From Octopus vulgaris (taxonomy: Eukaryota), in assembly GCA_951406725.2 (NCBI GenBank), contig OX597839.1, positions 18,290,001 through 18,354,000 on the forward strand: a stretch of 64,000 nucleotides of DNA. The letters run 5' to 3'. Positions within the stretch are counted from its first letter, which is position 1, and every line of letters begins with the position of its first letter. Shown in pieces: positions 1 to 10,881 of this stretch. Under the pieces are notes generated by a model. That model searched no databases, had not been told where the DNA came from, and saw nothing but the letters and a program-made list of their open reading frames with translations. The position numbers and the translations under genes were made by a program.

Positions 1-2445
1 CTTCTGCATAAGTACCGGATACATTTCAAGATAGTGTTTTTTTTTTTTTATGGGTGGTTAGGGGTGGGAGAAAACGGTTTCTGTTATCTTCAGAAATGTA
101 AACAAAGTCACGTGTGTACCTATACCGAAGGATCGCCGTTACAGCAATTTACCCGGGACGTCCATACAGCCCTGAGGCCAGATGTAGTTTGAAGAGATAA
201 GGAAAATAATTTTGATTGAGCTCAGTGCTGCGGGAAGAAGGGTGTTATTAGGCCTACGAATGGAAGCGTGCCTACGAATGGAACCTTCTGCCCGACTGGA
301 GAAGCCTACACTCTTTCACAAAAATAATCAAGAAGCAAAAACATTATAGATAAGGGGTAGAATAGATTTGTGTTCTAAAAACTTATTATAGAATATACCT
401 AGCTTATTTATATTAATAGGTGAGGTAAGCTGTTATAAGAAAATCTCTTATAATTTTATAATTTCTAGATTAAAATTAATATTTACTTATCATGGGGATT
501 GGCATAAATAACCAGTGTTTAATATCGAGTAAAGAAATGATCAAGCTATTGTGTTAAAGTTATATTATTAATAAGGCTTATATAAAATACTAAATTTAAA
601 TGTTTCTTATTTTAGAAACTTACATCTTTGTTACCTCCCTTGCACTATATTTTAAAGATTTTGACCTGCGTGCCAATTAATACCTTATTTACTAGGAATA
701 TCCTCATAAAAAGTTCTTCTAAATCCCCTTAATTAATATTCAAAACCTGATAAAGAATAGATAATAATATCTAAGTTACTTGGTCTCTATTTCTCTAAAA
801 CACCCCCACCCTCATGATCTTTGTATGTATTAGAAAGCTTTATAAATAAAGAAGAAGATAACATTTTATAATTACCAATTAATAAATATAAATTAATATA
901 TAAGGAATAATAATAACTTTTTCTTGAATCTATAATAGAACCCAAAATTTTACAAAAAATTCACAAAAAAGTCACTTCTATTGATTTTTTAATGGCTTTG
1001 CGGGGTGACTGGGGAAATGTAAAGATGTGCACGACCACCCTTGGACGGTTTTGAATGACCATAGAAAGTGCGAGCCCTCTAACTGAAAAATTGTGGATAT
1101 ATATATATATCTGACACCTGTGCCAGTGGCACGTAAAAAGTACTATCTGAACGTGATCGATGCCAGGGTTGCCTGACTGGCTCCTGTACTGGTGGTGCGT
1201 AAAAAGCACCCACTACTCACTACACTCTCAGAGTGGTTGGCATTAGGAACGGAATCCAGCTGTAGAAACATTGCCAGATCAGATTGGAGCTTGGTGCAAC
1301 CTTCTGGCTTTCCAGACCTCAGTTAAACCACCCAACTCATGCCAGCATTGAAAATGGACGTTATAAATGATGATGATATATATGTATTCTGGTTTTGTGT
1401 TTGTTTGGCCCCACCTCTGCTTGATAACTGATGTTGCTGCATTTACGTTCAAATAATTTGGTGGTTCAGTAAAAGGGCCCTATAAAAAACCAAATGAAGG
1501 GCAACTTTTCACTCCTGATTCCAAAAATGGTATTATATGCCTATGTAGAGCAAATATAGACTGAGATACAGGGGTCCCAGACAGACATATAGAATTTTAC
1601 TTTTATTAATATAGATTGTAGGTGCAATAGTAGCTTTGTAGGACTGAACCCGGAACCATGTGGTTCCGGGTTCAGTCCCACTGCATGGCACCTTGGGCAA
1701 GTGTCTTCTACTATAGCCTCGGGCCGACCAAAGCCTTGTGAGTGGATTTGGTAGACGGAAACTGAAAGAAGCTCGTTGTATATATGTATGTGTGTGTGTG
1801 TTTGTCCCCCCAACATCGCTTGACAACCAATGCTGGTGTGTTTGCGTCCCCATAACTTAGTGGTTCAGCAAAAGAGACCGATAGAATAAGTACTAGGCTT
1901 ACAAAGAATAAGTCCTGGGGTCGATTTGCTCGACTAAAGGCCGTGCTCCAGCATGGCCGCATTCAAATGACTAAAACAAGTAAAAAAGTTAGAGTTACTA
2001 GTATTCACTATTTTCAAAATAATGATTAATACATAAGTTTTTAATTTAGCAGGGTTATGAAGAAAAGCATCTTGTTTTGTTCATTATCCTTTAAATCAGT
2101 GTTTGTAGGGGCCCCTTAGCTTCCTGTTTTACTCAGGTGGACCCTGTAGTCGTTTAGTGTTTAAAAAATCCTATTATGTTTTTTTATAACTGACACTCCC
2201 TCACTTACAAGGGTTCCAGTTGAACCAATCAAAGGAACAGCTTGCTCATAAGATTAACATCCAAGTGGCTGAGCACTCTACAGACATGTGTACCCTTAAC
2301 ATAGTTCTCAAGGAGATTCAGCACGACACAGAGTGTGACAACACTAGCCCCTTGTTATTGATCTGAGGGACATATATCTCGGATGTAAACAGTTGTCAGT
2401 GATCAATTCACATGCATGCACTCTGGAAAAAAATTTTAATTCAAG

Positions 2446-2859
2446 CGATCTTTTCGGTTTGAACGGCAGTTTTTTCTAACGGTATCATATGAAATTGTCA
2501 CCCATAATTATGATCCTAGTATCGATCTATTGCATTTCTATCTGTTTTAGGGTTAGGGTTAGGGGTGGGGCGAAAGGGTATCTTTTTTCTTCACAAATGT
2601 AAATAAACCCAATCTGTTTCTTAAACGAGGGACATATTCATACGGCACAGAATGTTGTTTACCTCAATGGACATCAGTGATTGGTTGAAATTGCAGAAAT
2701 TGAAGAAAAAAATAACATATCTTACAAACTATAGAATTTTCTCAATAAAGCCAAGAGAAAAAGATGTTTTATAAACACATTCTACCAGTATACGAAGTTT
2801 AAAATTTTTTAGTTACCTAGAAATTATGTTAAAAACTGCCGTTCAAACTGAAAAGATAC
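2446..2859 (+). mobile_element. Merlin-like MITE copy
   Basis: Same internal sequence, decayed termini, TSD aattcaag/agtttaag. Confidence 0.85.
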
Positions 2860-3099
2860 AGTTTAAGCAATAAACCTTTGATACTAACCTGCTGGAGACC
2901 ATTCCTGGTCCTATGACACAAAATTCAGGTTTAAAATAGTCTAAATTAAAATCTTCATTCAAAGTTTCATATTAGTATAAGCTCCAAATTGGCACGCTGT
3001 CAGTTACAACAATGGTTCCAATTGATCTGATCAATGGAACAGCCTTCTCATCAAATTAACATGCAAGTGGCTGAGCACTCCACAGACGTGTACCCTTAA

Positions 3100-3321
3100 C
3101 CCTTTTGTGACCAACCTGGCTGAAACCGGCTCTGGTTCTGAGTACAAATGGCTTGTTTTCATAAGTTTTGAATTAAAATCTTCCACCAAACCTTAGTCAC
3201 AATATATGTTCCTAACACTAGCTTAATGATAACTAAGTTATTTTTTGTAAATTTTTTGTTATATTCAAAAATAATTGAAAGAAACACAGAGCATCTCAAA
3301 ATAAATACAGTTACGAAAGGG
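3100..3321. mobile_element. piggyBac-type MITE
   Basis: TTAA|CCCTTT...AAAGGG|TTAA inserted in a SINE whose empty site (acccttaacatagttctc) is visible near 2292. Confidence 0.8.
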
Positions 3322-5039
3322 TTAACATAGTTCTCAGGGAGATTCAGCATGACACAGAGTGTGACGAGGCTGGCCCCTTATTGATCTAAAGACATATGTC
3401 ACATACATGGGAGCAGGAGTGGTTGTGAGGCAAGAAGCTTGTTTCCCAACCTCATGGTTCCAGGTTCATTCCCACTGTGTCTTCTACTATAGCCTCAGGC
3501 CAACGAAAACCTTGTGAGTAGATTTGGTAGACGGAAACTGAAAGAAGCCCATTGTATATGTATATATATGCGTGTATTCATGTGTCTATATTTGTCCCCC
3601 CACCATCACTTGGCAACCAATGTCGGTGTCTTTACCACCCTGTGACTTAGCGGTTCGGCAAAAGAGACCAATAGAATAAGTACTAGGCTTACACAGAATA
3701 AGTCTTAGAGTCGATTTGTTTGACTAAAGGTGGTGCTCCAGCTTGGCCGCAGTCAAATGACTGAAACAGGTAAAAGAATAAAAGCTGTTAATGACCAATT
3801 TGTATGCAAGCCCCTTTGGAGAAAATATCGATTTAAGCAACAATCCTTTTGATATTAACCTTCCTGAGACCATCCCTGGTTCTGTGACATGAAATTCAGG
3901 TTTTAAAATAATCTGAATTAAAAGCTTCATTCAAAATTTCATATTAATTTAAGTTCTATGGTAACTAACTGGCACAGTCAGTTAGGACGACTAGGGTTCC
4001 AGTTGATCTGATCGATGGAACAGCCTGCTTGTGAAATTAACATGAAAGTGGCTGAGCACTCCACAGACACATAGTTCTCAGGGAGATTCAGCATGACACA
4101 GAGTGTGACAAAGCTGGCCCTTTGAAATACAGGTACTATTCATTTTTGCCAGCTGAGTCTACTGGAGTGATGTAAAATAAAGTGTCTTGCTCAAGGAGAC
4201 AACACGTCACTGAGGACTGAACTCTCAACCTTACAATTGTGAGCCAAATACCCTAACCATTAAACCATGTACCTTCATATTTTTCATACTTAAATATTAT
4301 TGGGAATTGTATGAAAAATGATAAAATATTTTGTGTATTACAGAGACAAGCAATTTATTGCAGATAAATTTTAATGGTAAAATCTTATATGGACTCTCAC
4401 GGTTGAGAACCACTCTGCTGGGCAGTTTGGTGTTAGGAAGGGCATCCAGCTGTAAAAACCATGCCATAACTGACCTTGCCTGTGTTGATGCCACGTAAAA
4501 AACACAAGGTAAATCTGCAAGGCAAATGAAAGTACAGGGTACTGTGGCTTTGAACTGCAGAGTGGTTGGTATTAGGAAGGGTATCCAGCTGTAAAAACCA
4601 TTCCAAAACTGACCTCACTTGAGCTGATGTTACGTAAAAATCACTAAGTCCACTCTGTGGAGTGGTTGATGTAAGGAAGGGCATCCAGTTGTAAAAACTG
4701 TGCCAAAACAGACACAAAAGTCTGGTGCAGGCTCCTGCCTGGTCAGCACCTGTCAAACCATCCCACCCATGTCAGCATGGAAGGCAGACATTAAACAATG
4801 ATGATGATTATCATTTGTAGCATATGCATTAAGGAGTTACATTCTTTCCCCAGGGACCCAAGTTCAGCCATACTTTGCTCCAAGCAGGTTGGTTCATATC
4901 CTGTAGCTCCAATAAAAAAAAATGATCTAAGATGAAACTGAAAGTGTATCTTGGGTGCTGGATTTACAGTAAAAAAAAAGTACAAAAGAAAGTACACAAA
5001 AGTAAAAACTAAAAAATTAAAATAAAATAACAACAATGT

Positions 5040-6929
5040 ATTTCTTATTTCAGAAACAAATTTATTAAACAACCTAGATTTAGGTTTTCAAACCTCATGA
5101 TTATTTGAAGAAAACAGATTTTGGAGTTTTGCTTTTGTTTTACAATTGCAAAGAGTATGATATGGAATTATAAAATCATTTTTCATATGAATAACAATGT
5201 TATTTACAGTGACTCAGTTGAAAACAGTGCTCTTGGATATAAGAATATTCTAGAAATAATACTATTGACAGCTATTTTACATTAGATATGAAAGAAGTAT
5301 TTTGATAGAAGGGGAAAAAAAAACAAGACAAACTTTTGATAAATAAACCGTGATAAAATAAATATATTTTTAAATCATAAGAGCTAAATATATGAAACGA
5401 ATTATGATATCGAGATGACTATAAAAAAATAAATCATATTTTCATAATATACATAAACATATAGACAGATAGATAGACAGACATACATCTATATCTGTTC
5501 CGGAACCTTTTATCATTTGAGGTACATGTATATTCTTTTCAAAATTCAGTGGCACACCTGAACTAAAAATGTAACTAAATGTATAGGGGAAAAAATTATA
5601 TTCAGGTTACACTCCGACACTCCTAGCATCGTCTCATGACACACCAGTGTGTGTTGCAGCACAACAGCTGCAGAGCACTGATCTATCTATCTATATATAT
5701 ATATGATATAAGCCCATGAAATTGAAGGCCATTTTTGCTGTAAAGTAATTTCTACTTTTCGCACAAGTCTAGAGATAGGGGAAGGGTGGAAGGGGCAATG
5801 AAAGGAAAATCTGATTGTATCAGTTTCCAAGGACTTGAGTATCTTATTTTATTGACCATGGACAGGATTGGAACTTAGAACATAACTGGAGACATAACTA
5901 AATACTGCAAAGCATTTGTCAAGGCCACGCTATGGATTCTACCAATCTGTCTCAAGTAACAAGAAAAAGTAAAAATAGAAACAAAAACAGTACCACTAAT
6001 GTCAAGGAATGTAAGATGAAAGGGAAACGGACTCCATCTTGAACTAAAGAGACAAATATATATATATATATATATATTGATATATGTGCATTGATATGGC
6101 TGTAGTGATATGCTAAGTTTAATTTTTTAACCTAAGTATTAAATGTAAACTTTCAATGATAGTGATTAGAGAAGGTGCAAGAGGTAAGAAGAAATAATAG
6201 AAAAGGAAAAACAAAATGAATAAATGTAAAGGAGGTTATAAAGAGGTCAAATTATATTTGCTCTTTTGTGTGAGTATGAGAAAATTTGAAATTACTCTCA
6301 TAGGATATATCTAAATTCCAGAAATTGTTGATGTCAGACGAGTTTTTGAGATTTTATCTTAATATTTTAACTACTTGACTACTTCAACTACCGAGAATGT
6401 CATGGTGGAAGTGATGGTGGTGACTGCTGAAAGGCATAGGGCTACAGTGAGAACCACTTGCACCCCCATGTATGTAAAATAAGAGACTCATCTCGTTCTA
6501 AACTATGCACCAGGATGCTGCAAGTCTTAGGAAATGAAGAGATAGGCTGATTGCATCAAAAGGCCAAGCTTCAATAATTTATGATACAGCTTTGTGAATA
6601 CGAGATAGTTTTAAACATGATTAGGTCAGTAATAACTTCACAAAGTCTTAGTACTTGGTGTAAAGTAGTATCTAAGATGATGCTTAACAACTTAACAGAG
6701 AAGTGGTTAGCAAAAGATAAGCTGACTGCCTCAGTTGGCTAAGCTATTAGTACAGCTTAATCAGCACTAGATGTGATTAAGTAATTAATATCGCTCAGTT
6801 CTGCTTCAGCTTTAGTTCTTGGAGAACACAGCTCAAAGGGGAACCGGTCAGAATAATTCAGCCACTCACAAGCAATGGCTCAATCAAAAGGAAAAGATGG
6901 AAAGAAGAGAGAGAAAGAGATATCACTGC
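5040..6929 (-). other. Putative XBP1 3' UTR (~1.9 kb) with polyadenylation signal
   Basis: Mostly non-repetitive sequence after the stop. AATAAA on minus at 5061-5066 is followed ~20 nt later by a long U/GU-rich tract (about 5035-4970). Confidence 0.5.
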
Positions 6930-7784
6930 TCAAACGAGACAAGGAAATATCTCTGGCAACAAGCAGTCATCCATGGGATCCATGTCATTAAAAGGGATTG
7001 TCATCAACTGATCCTGGTAAGGGGACCCAGGATTGCTAGGCTCACTATTTATACCAGAGTCACTGGCAGAGTCACTGAATTGATCCATATAAGTTGTTTC
7101 CATGGGAATTTTCATTTCGCTTTCTGTAGAGTCACAGGATTTCCTCAGTTTTGTATCAAGCATAAGGGAGGTGATGGGGTTGTTTTCTTCAGCGAGATCA
7201 GAAGTATCAAGATGCTCTAAATCTGCCAGTTGTAGAATATCATATGTTTCTTTGCCTTCTCGGCTGCCAACCGACTCTTGCAGGATATCTTGCAGCAAAG
7301 CCAGGGGGTCAAAATCATAACTACCATCATCGCTGTCGCTGCTGCTGTTGTCGTTATCAACACAGTTGTCAGTGATGTCATCAATGTCTTTGATATCATC
7401 ATATTCTTGTGTAGCAATGTTAGAAATGTCAGGAACAACTACAGTGGAGCTGACTGTTGGCACTATTGTTTCCTCATCTACAAACACACCTTCATCAGCA
7501 GCATCACATGGCAAGATATCACAGACTTCCATCAGGGACTTTGGTCCACTGTCAGAAGCTGGAGACAGAGACGGGGAAGGCTTGACATAGAAATGCTCGG
7601 ATTTTATAAGTTCATTGAGGGAGTCCAGTTGTGTTGTTGCGGTCCCCACCATGGAATTGGAATCCTCTTTTGCGAGAAGCTCAGCAGCTCCAAAACACGA
7701 AGAATCTGTAACTGATTGTGAAGAGATTGGGTTTTTAGATTCTGAATTGCAGACTTCATCCAGAAATTTCCACAACTTGCTAGG
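6930..7784 (-). CDS. XBP1: XBP1 last exon, spliced (XBP1s) frame: acidic transactivation tail
   Basis: Acceptor ttttccAG|CCT at 7785/7784. In frame only after removal of the 20-nt intron. Contains LNELIKSEHFYVKP (cf. XBP1s ELIRFDHIYTKP) and ends LPEIFPCLV* (cf. ELFPQLISV*). Total XBP1s length 594 aa. Confidence 0.92.
   Translation of the reverse strand, partial: PSKLWKFLDEVCNSESKNPISSQSVTDSSCFGAAELLAKEDSNSMVGTATTQLDSLNELIKSEHFYVKPSPSLSPASDSGPKSLMEVCDILPCDAADEGVFVDEETIVPTVSSTVVVPDISNIATQEYDDIKDIDDITDNCVDNDNSSSDSDDGSYDFDPLALLQDILQESVGSREGKETYDILQLADLEHLDTSDLAEENNPITSLMLDTKLRKSCDSTESEMKIPMETTYMDQFSDSASDSGINSEPSNPGSPYQDQLMTIPFNDMDPMDDCLLPEIFPCLV
7604..7784 (-). CDS. XBP1: XBP1 last exon, unspliced (XBP1u) frame overlapping the XBP1s frame
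   Basis: Exon 2 AA|C joins to read MMNLASCGNFWMKS...RIPIPWWGPQQHNWTPSMNL*, resembling human XBP1u LISCWAFW and QWGRHQPSWKPLMN*. Total XBP1u length 376 aa. Confidence 0.88.
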
Positions 7785-8329
7785 CTGGAAAAAAAAAGAA
7801 AAAAAATAACAATTAAACTTAGCCAAAAGATCATTATCAGGTTATTATAGACTGTTTTAGAAATCGAAAACTAAACAATCACATCATCAAAATCTCTAAG
7901 CATGATCAATCTAAGACAATAAAGAGACATTACATTTGACAGAGTAATCAGATTGCTAAAGGGTTAATCAAGTCTTTGGAGCCTACAAAACATATCAACC
8001 CACATCAAGTGTTTAACTCACTAAAAAACATTTTTTTGCCATCATATTGAGGTCTCTTTTCTCCATGCTGGCAGGAGTTGGACAAAAACTTATTTTCAAG
8101 TAGAGTATTTTATCTCTTTCGCATTCGGATAACTCACTCAAACGTAATGCTTATTCATTCTTTAATCACATTATTTTGAATTAATCATGCATTATCTTGT
8201 ATCTAAGAGATTTTCATTATGTCATTGCTTATATTCAGAATGACACTGCAGGATAGGTGTGAGAAGCCAGATCTGACCTCTCTGAACACAAAACTGGCAG
8301 AATATTTAGGCTGGACATGGCCAGTTTAA

Positions 8330-9455
8330 CCCTCTAGCATTTAAAATGGCCACATCCGGCCCAAATATTTTACCTGTAATATGTCCCCTACCACCACGTG
8401 GCAAACAGTGTTGGTGTGTTTATATCCCTGTAACTTAGCAGTTCAGCAAAAGAGCTTGACAGAGTAAGTACTAGGCACAAAAAAATAAATCTTGGGGTCA
8501 ATTCAAGGCGGTGCCCCAGCATGGCCACAGTCAAATGACTGAAATAAGTAAAGGATGAAAGATAAAAGAAGTACTGGAATTGATTCCTTTGACTAAAACC
8601 TTTCAAAGCAGTGCCCCAGCATGGCCACAGTCCAGTATTTAAACTTGCCATATCCAACCTGCTTTTTTGATCAAACTGGCTACATCAGGCTTCTCACACC
8701 TACCCTACAATGTCACTCTAAAAATAACGACATTGAAATCTTGAAGCTATGAGATAATGCATGGTAAATTCAGCCAAGTGAAACTCTAGTTGTGGCCGAT
8801 GATGGTATCTTGTAACTGTCACCTGTGCTGATGGCACATAAAAAACACCTTTTGAGCATTGGGCCTCACAACGACAATGTGGCCAATGCCGGTGGCACAT
8901 AAAAAGCACTTTTAGAGCGTTGGGCCTCACGGACGCACGTGGTTGATGCCGGTGGCACGTAAAAAGCACCTCTTGAGTGTGGGTCTCACGGAGGCATGTG
9001 ACTGATGCCAGTGGCACATAAAAAGCACTTTTAGAGTGTTGGGCCTCACAGACGCATGTGGTTGATCCCAGTGGCACGTAAAAAGCACCTTTCAAGTGTT
9101 GGGCCTCACAAGGGCAATGACAAATGATAAAGACCTTTGGTAATATACCGTGATGGAGAAGACCCATCAAGCCAAGTGAAATTGTAGTCATGATAGATAC
9201 TGGTGTCATGCAACTGGCCCCTCTGCCGATGGGACATAAAAGCATCAATTACACTCTCAGAGTGGTTGGTGTTAGGAAGGGCATCCAGCTGTAGAAACCC
9301 TGCCAAATCAAACTGGAGGCTGGTGGTGCAGTCCATCAGCTTACCAGCCCTGGTCAAACTGTCTAACCCATGCCAGCATGGAAAACGGACGTTAAATGAT
9401 GATGATGTGAATAAATAAGCATTACATCTGACAGAGTAATCTGAATGCTTAAGGG
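8330..9455. mobile_element. piggyBac-type element with nested SINEs filling most of XBP1 intron 2
   Basis: TTAA|CCCTCTAGCATT...AATGCTTAAGGG|TTAA. Contains a SINE fragment (about 8390-8635) and a (GAT)n-tailed element with ~60-bp tandem units (about 8800-9408). Confidence 0.65.
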
Positions 9456-9495
9456 TTAAAGATTAAAAAGACAAAAGACGAAAGATTAAACTTAC

Positions 9496-9993
9496 TTCAT
9501 CATTACTGCCAAAAAGCTGCAACGTATCATCAAGTGAAACAGCATCAAAATGTGTTTCTGCGGCAGAGAAACAATTGGTGCTGCGGACCGTAGGCATTTT
9601 GATTCTGTCTTCACTGGCGATGATAAGCTTTCACTCTTGCAGAGACTACTGTTAGCAATGCTGTTGTTGTTGTTGCTGCTGTAGTTAGATGTGCTGGATG
9701 ATAATGATGATGATGATGATAATGGTGATGATGTGGATGTTGTTCTTGACGATGTCGTCGTAGTTGTTGCTGTGGACAAGTGGTCGCATTCTCCGTTATT
9801 TAACTGGCCCAACCTCTCGCGGAGCTCAGCATTTTCGCAGATCAGTGTCTTGGTCTTTTTCTGTAGCATCTGGTTCTGCTGAAGCAATTTTTTGTTTTCA
9901 GTCTGTAGTTTATCGATGGCTATTTCCATGTCAGACATCTGTGCTTTCTTCCGATCACGGGCTGTTTGGGCTGCAACTCTGTTCTTTAATTTC
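9496..9993 (-). CDS. XBP1: XBP1 coding exon 2 (bZIP basic region and leucine zipper, Ser/Thr/Asn-rich linker, IRE1 splice site)
   Basis: Acceptor tcttttAG|G at 9994/9993 completes the Arg codon and gives KLKNRVAAQTARDRKKAQMSDMEIAIDKLQTENKKLLQQNQMLQKKTKTLICENAELRERLG, the XBP1 bZIP. Donor AA|GTAAGT at 9496/9495. Confidence 0.95.
9564..9583 (-). other. XBP1: IRE1-cleaved non-spliceosomal 20-nt intron of XBP1 mRNA
   Basis: Minus strand reads GGT-CCG|CAGC-ACC ... TGTTTCT-CTG|CCGC-AGAAACA, two 7-nt CNG|CNGC loops. Intron is CAGCACCAATTGTTTCTCTG. Its excision opens the frame through to the stop at 6930. Confidence 0.92.
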
Positions 9994-10083
9994 CTAAAAG
10001 ATAAAAATATTAATTAGAAATATTGAATTTCTAAGCGTCTCAAAGAGACATGAGCGGTGGTGGAGCGATAGAGTGGTTGTATA

Positions 10084-10362
10084 ATGTCAACATAACGTGA
10101 CAGTCCCGTAAAGGGAATTACACCACCACTGTTTAGCCCTAGGAAGCATTGACGCTTCCTGTCGGCTTTGACACATTTCCTGTATCCTTATATTTGCAAA
10201 AGGGGGCCAAGCTAGTCCTAGCTGGTGAGGGTGCTTGCATCCCCCTTTGCAAATATAAGGACACAGGAAACGTGTCAAAGCTGACAGGAAGCGTTGATGC
10301 TTCCTAGGGCTATATAGCGGTGGGGTGATTCCCTTTATGGGACTGTCACGTTAAGTTGACAG
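10084..10362. mobile_element. Foldback MITE (~120-bp arms) just inside the 3' end of XBP1 intron 1
   Basis: tgtcaacataacgtgacagtccc... pairs with ...gggactgtcacgttaagttgaca; TA-flanked, ~30-nt spacer. Confidence 0.8.
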
Positions 10363-10498
10363 TATACAAAAATATTAATATTTAAAATATAATAACAATA
10401 CTTTCATATTTTTCCACAAGGGCAGCAATTTTGGAGAACAGGATAAGTTGATTACATCAACCTCAGTGTTTCACTGATACTTGACAGATATTTAACTC

Positions 10499-10881
10499 GG
10501 ATCTTTTCGGTTTGACCGGCAGTTTTTTAAAATAATTTCCACGTAACTAAACACTTTTAAACTTCGCATACTGGCTTTATTGAGAAAACTCTATGGTTTG
10601 TAAGATATTTGTTGTTTTTTTTTCTTCAATTTCTGCAATTTCAACCACTCAGTGACGTCTATTGAGGTGAAAACATTCTGTGCCGTATGAATATGTCCGT
10701 CGTTTAAGAAACAGATTGGGTTTATTTACATTTCTGAAGAAAAAAAGATACCCTTCCCCTACCCCTAACCCTAACCCTAAAACAGATTGAAATGCAATAG
10801 ATCGACACTAGGGTCATAATTATGGGTGACAATTTCATATGATACCGTTAGAAAAAACTGCCGTTCAAACCGAAAAGATCC
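10499..10881 (-). mobile_element. Merlin-like MITE copy in XBP1 intron 1
   Basis: Same TIRs, TSD TTTAACTC. Confidence 0.9.

Noticed and set aside
350-960. Very AT-rich stretch as a possible mitochondrial insertion
   Set aside because: I could not identify any mitochondrial gene, rRNA or tRNA. It more likely belongs to a decayed repeat ending near 1100.
6819-7809. Several + strand ORFs (133, 145, 80 aa)
   Set aside because: They are antisense shadows of the XBP1 last exon with no recognisable homology.
8820-9110. ~60-bp spaced repeats that look like a CRISPR array
   Set aside because: The spacers are homologous to each other, the DNA is eukaryotic with no cas genes, and these are internal tandem units of the (GAT)n-tailed element.
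9492-9495. Stop codon ending the 148-aa ORF 9492-9938
   Set aside because: The TAA lies within the GTAAGT donor. Splicing continues both frames into the last exon.
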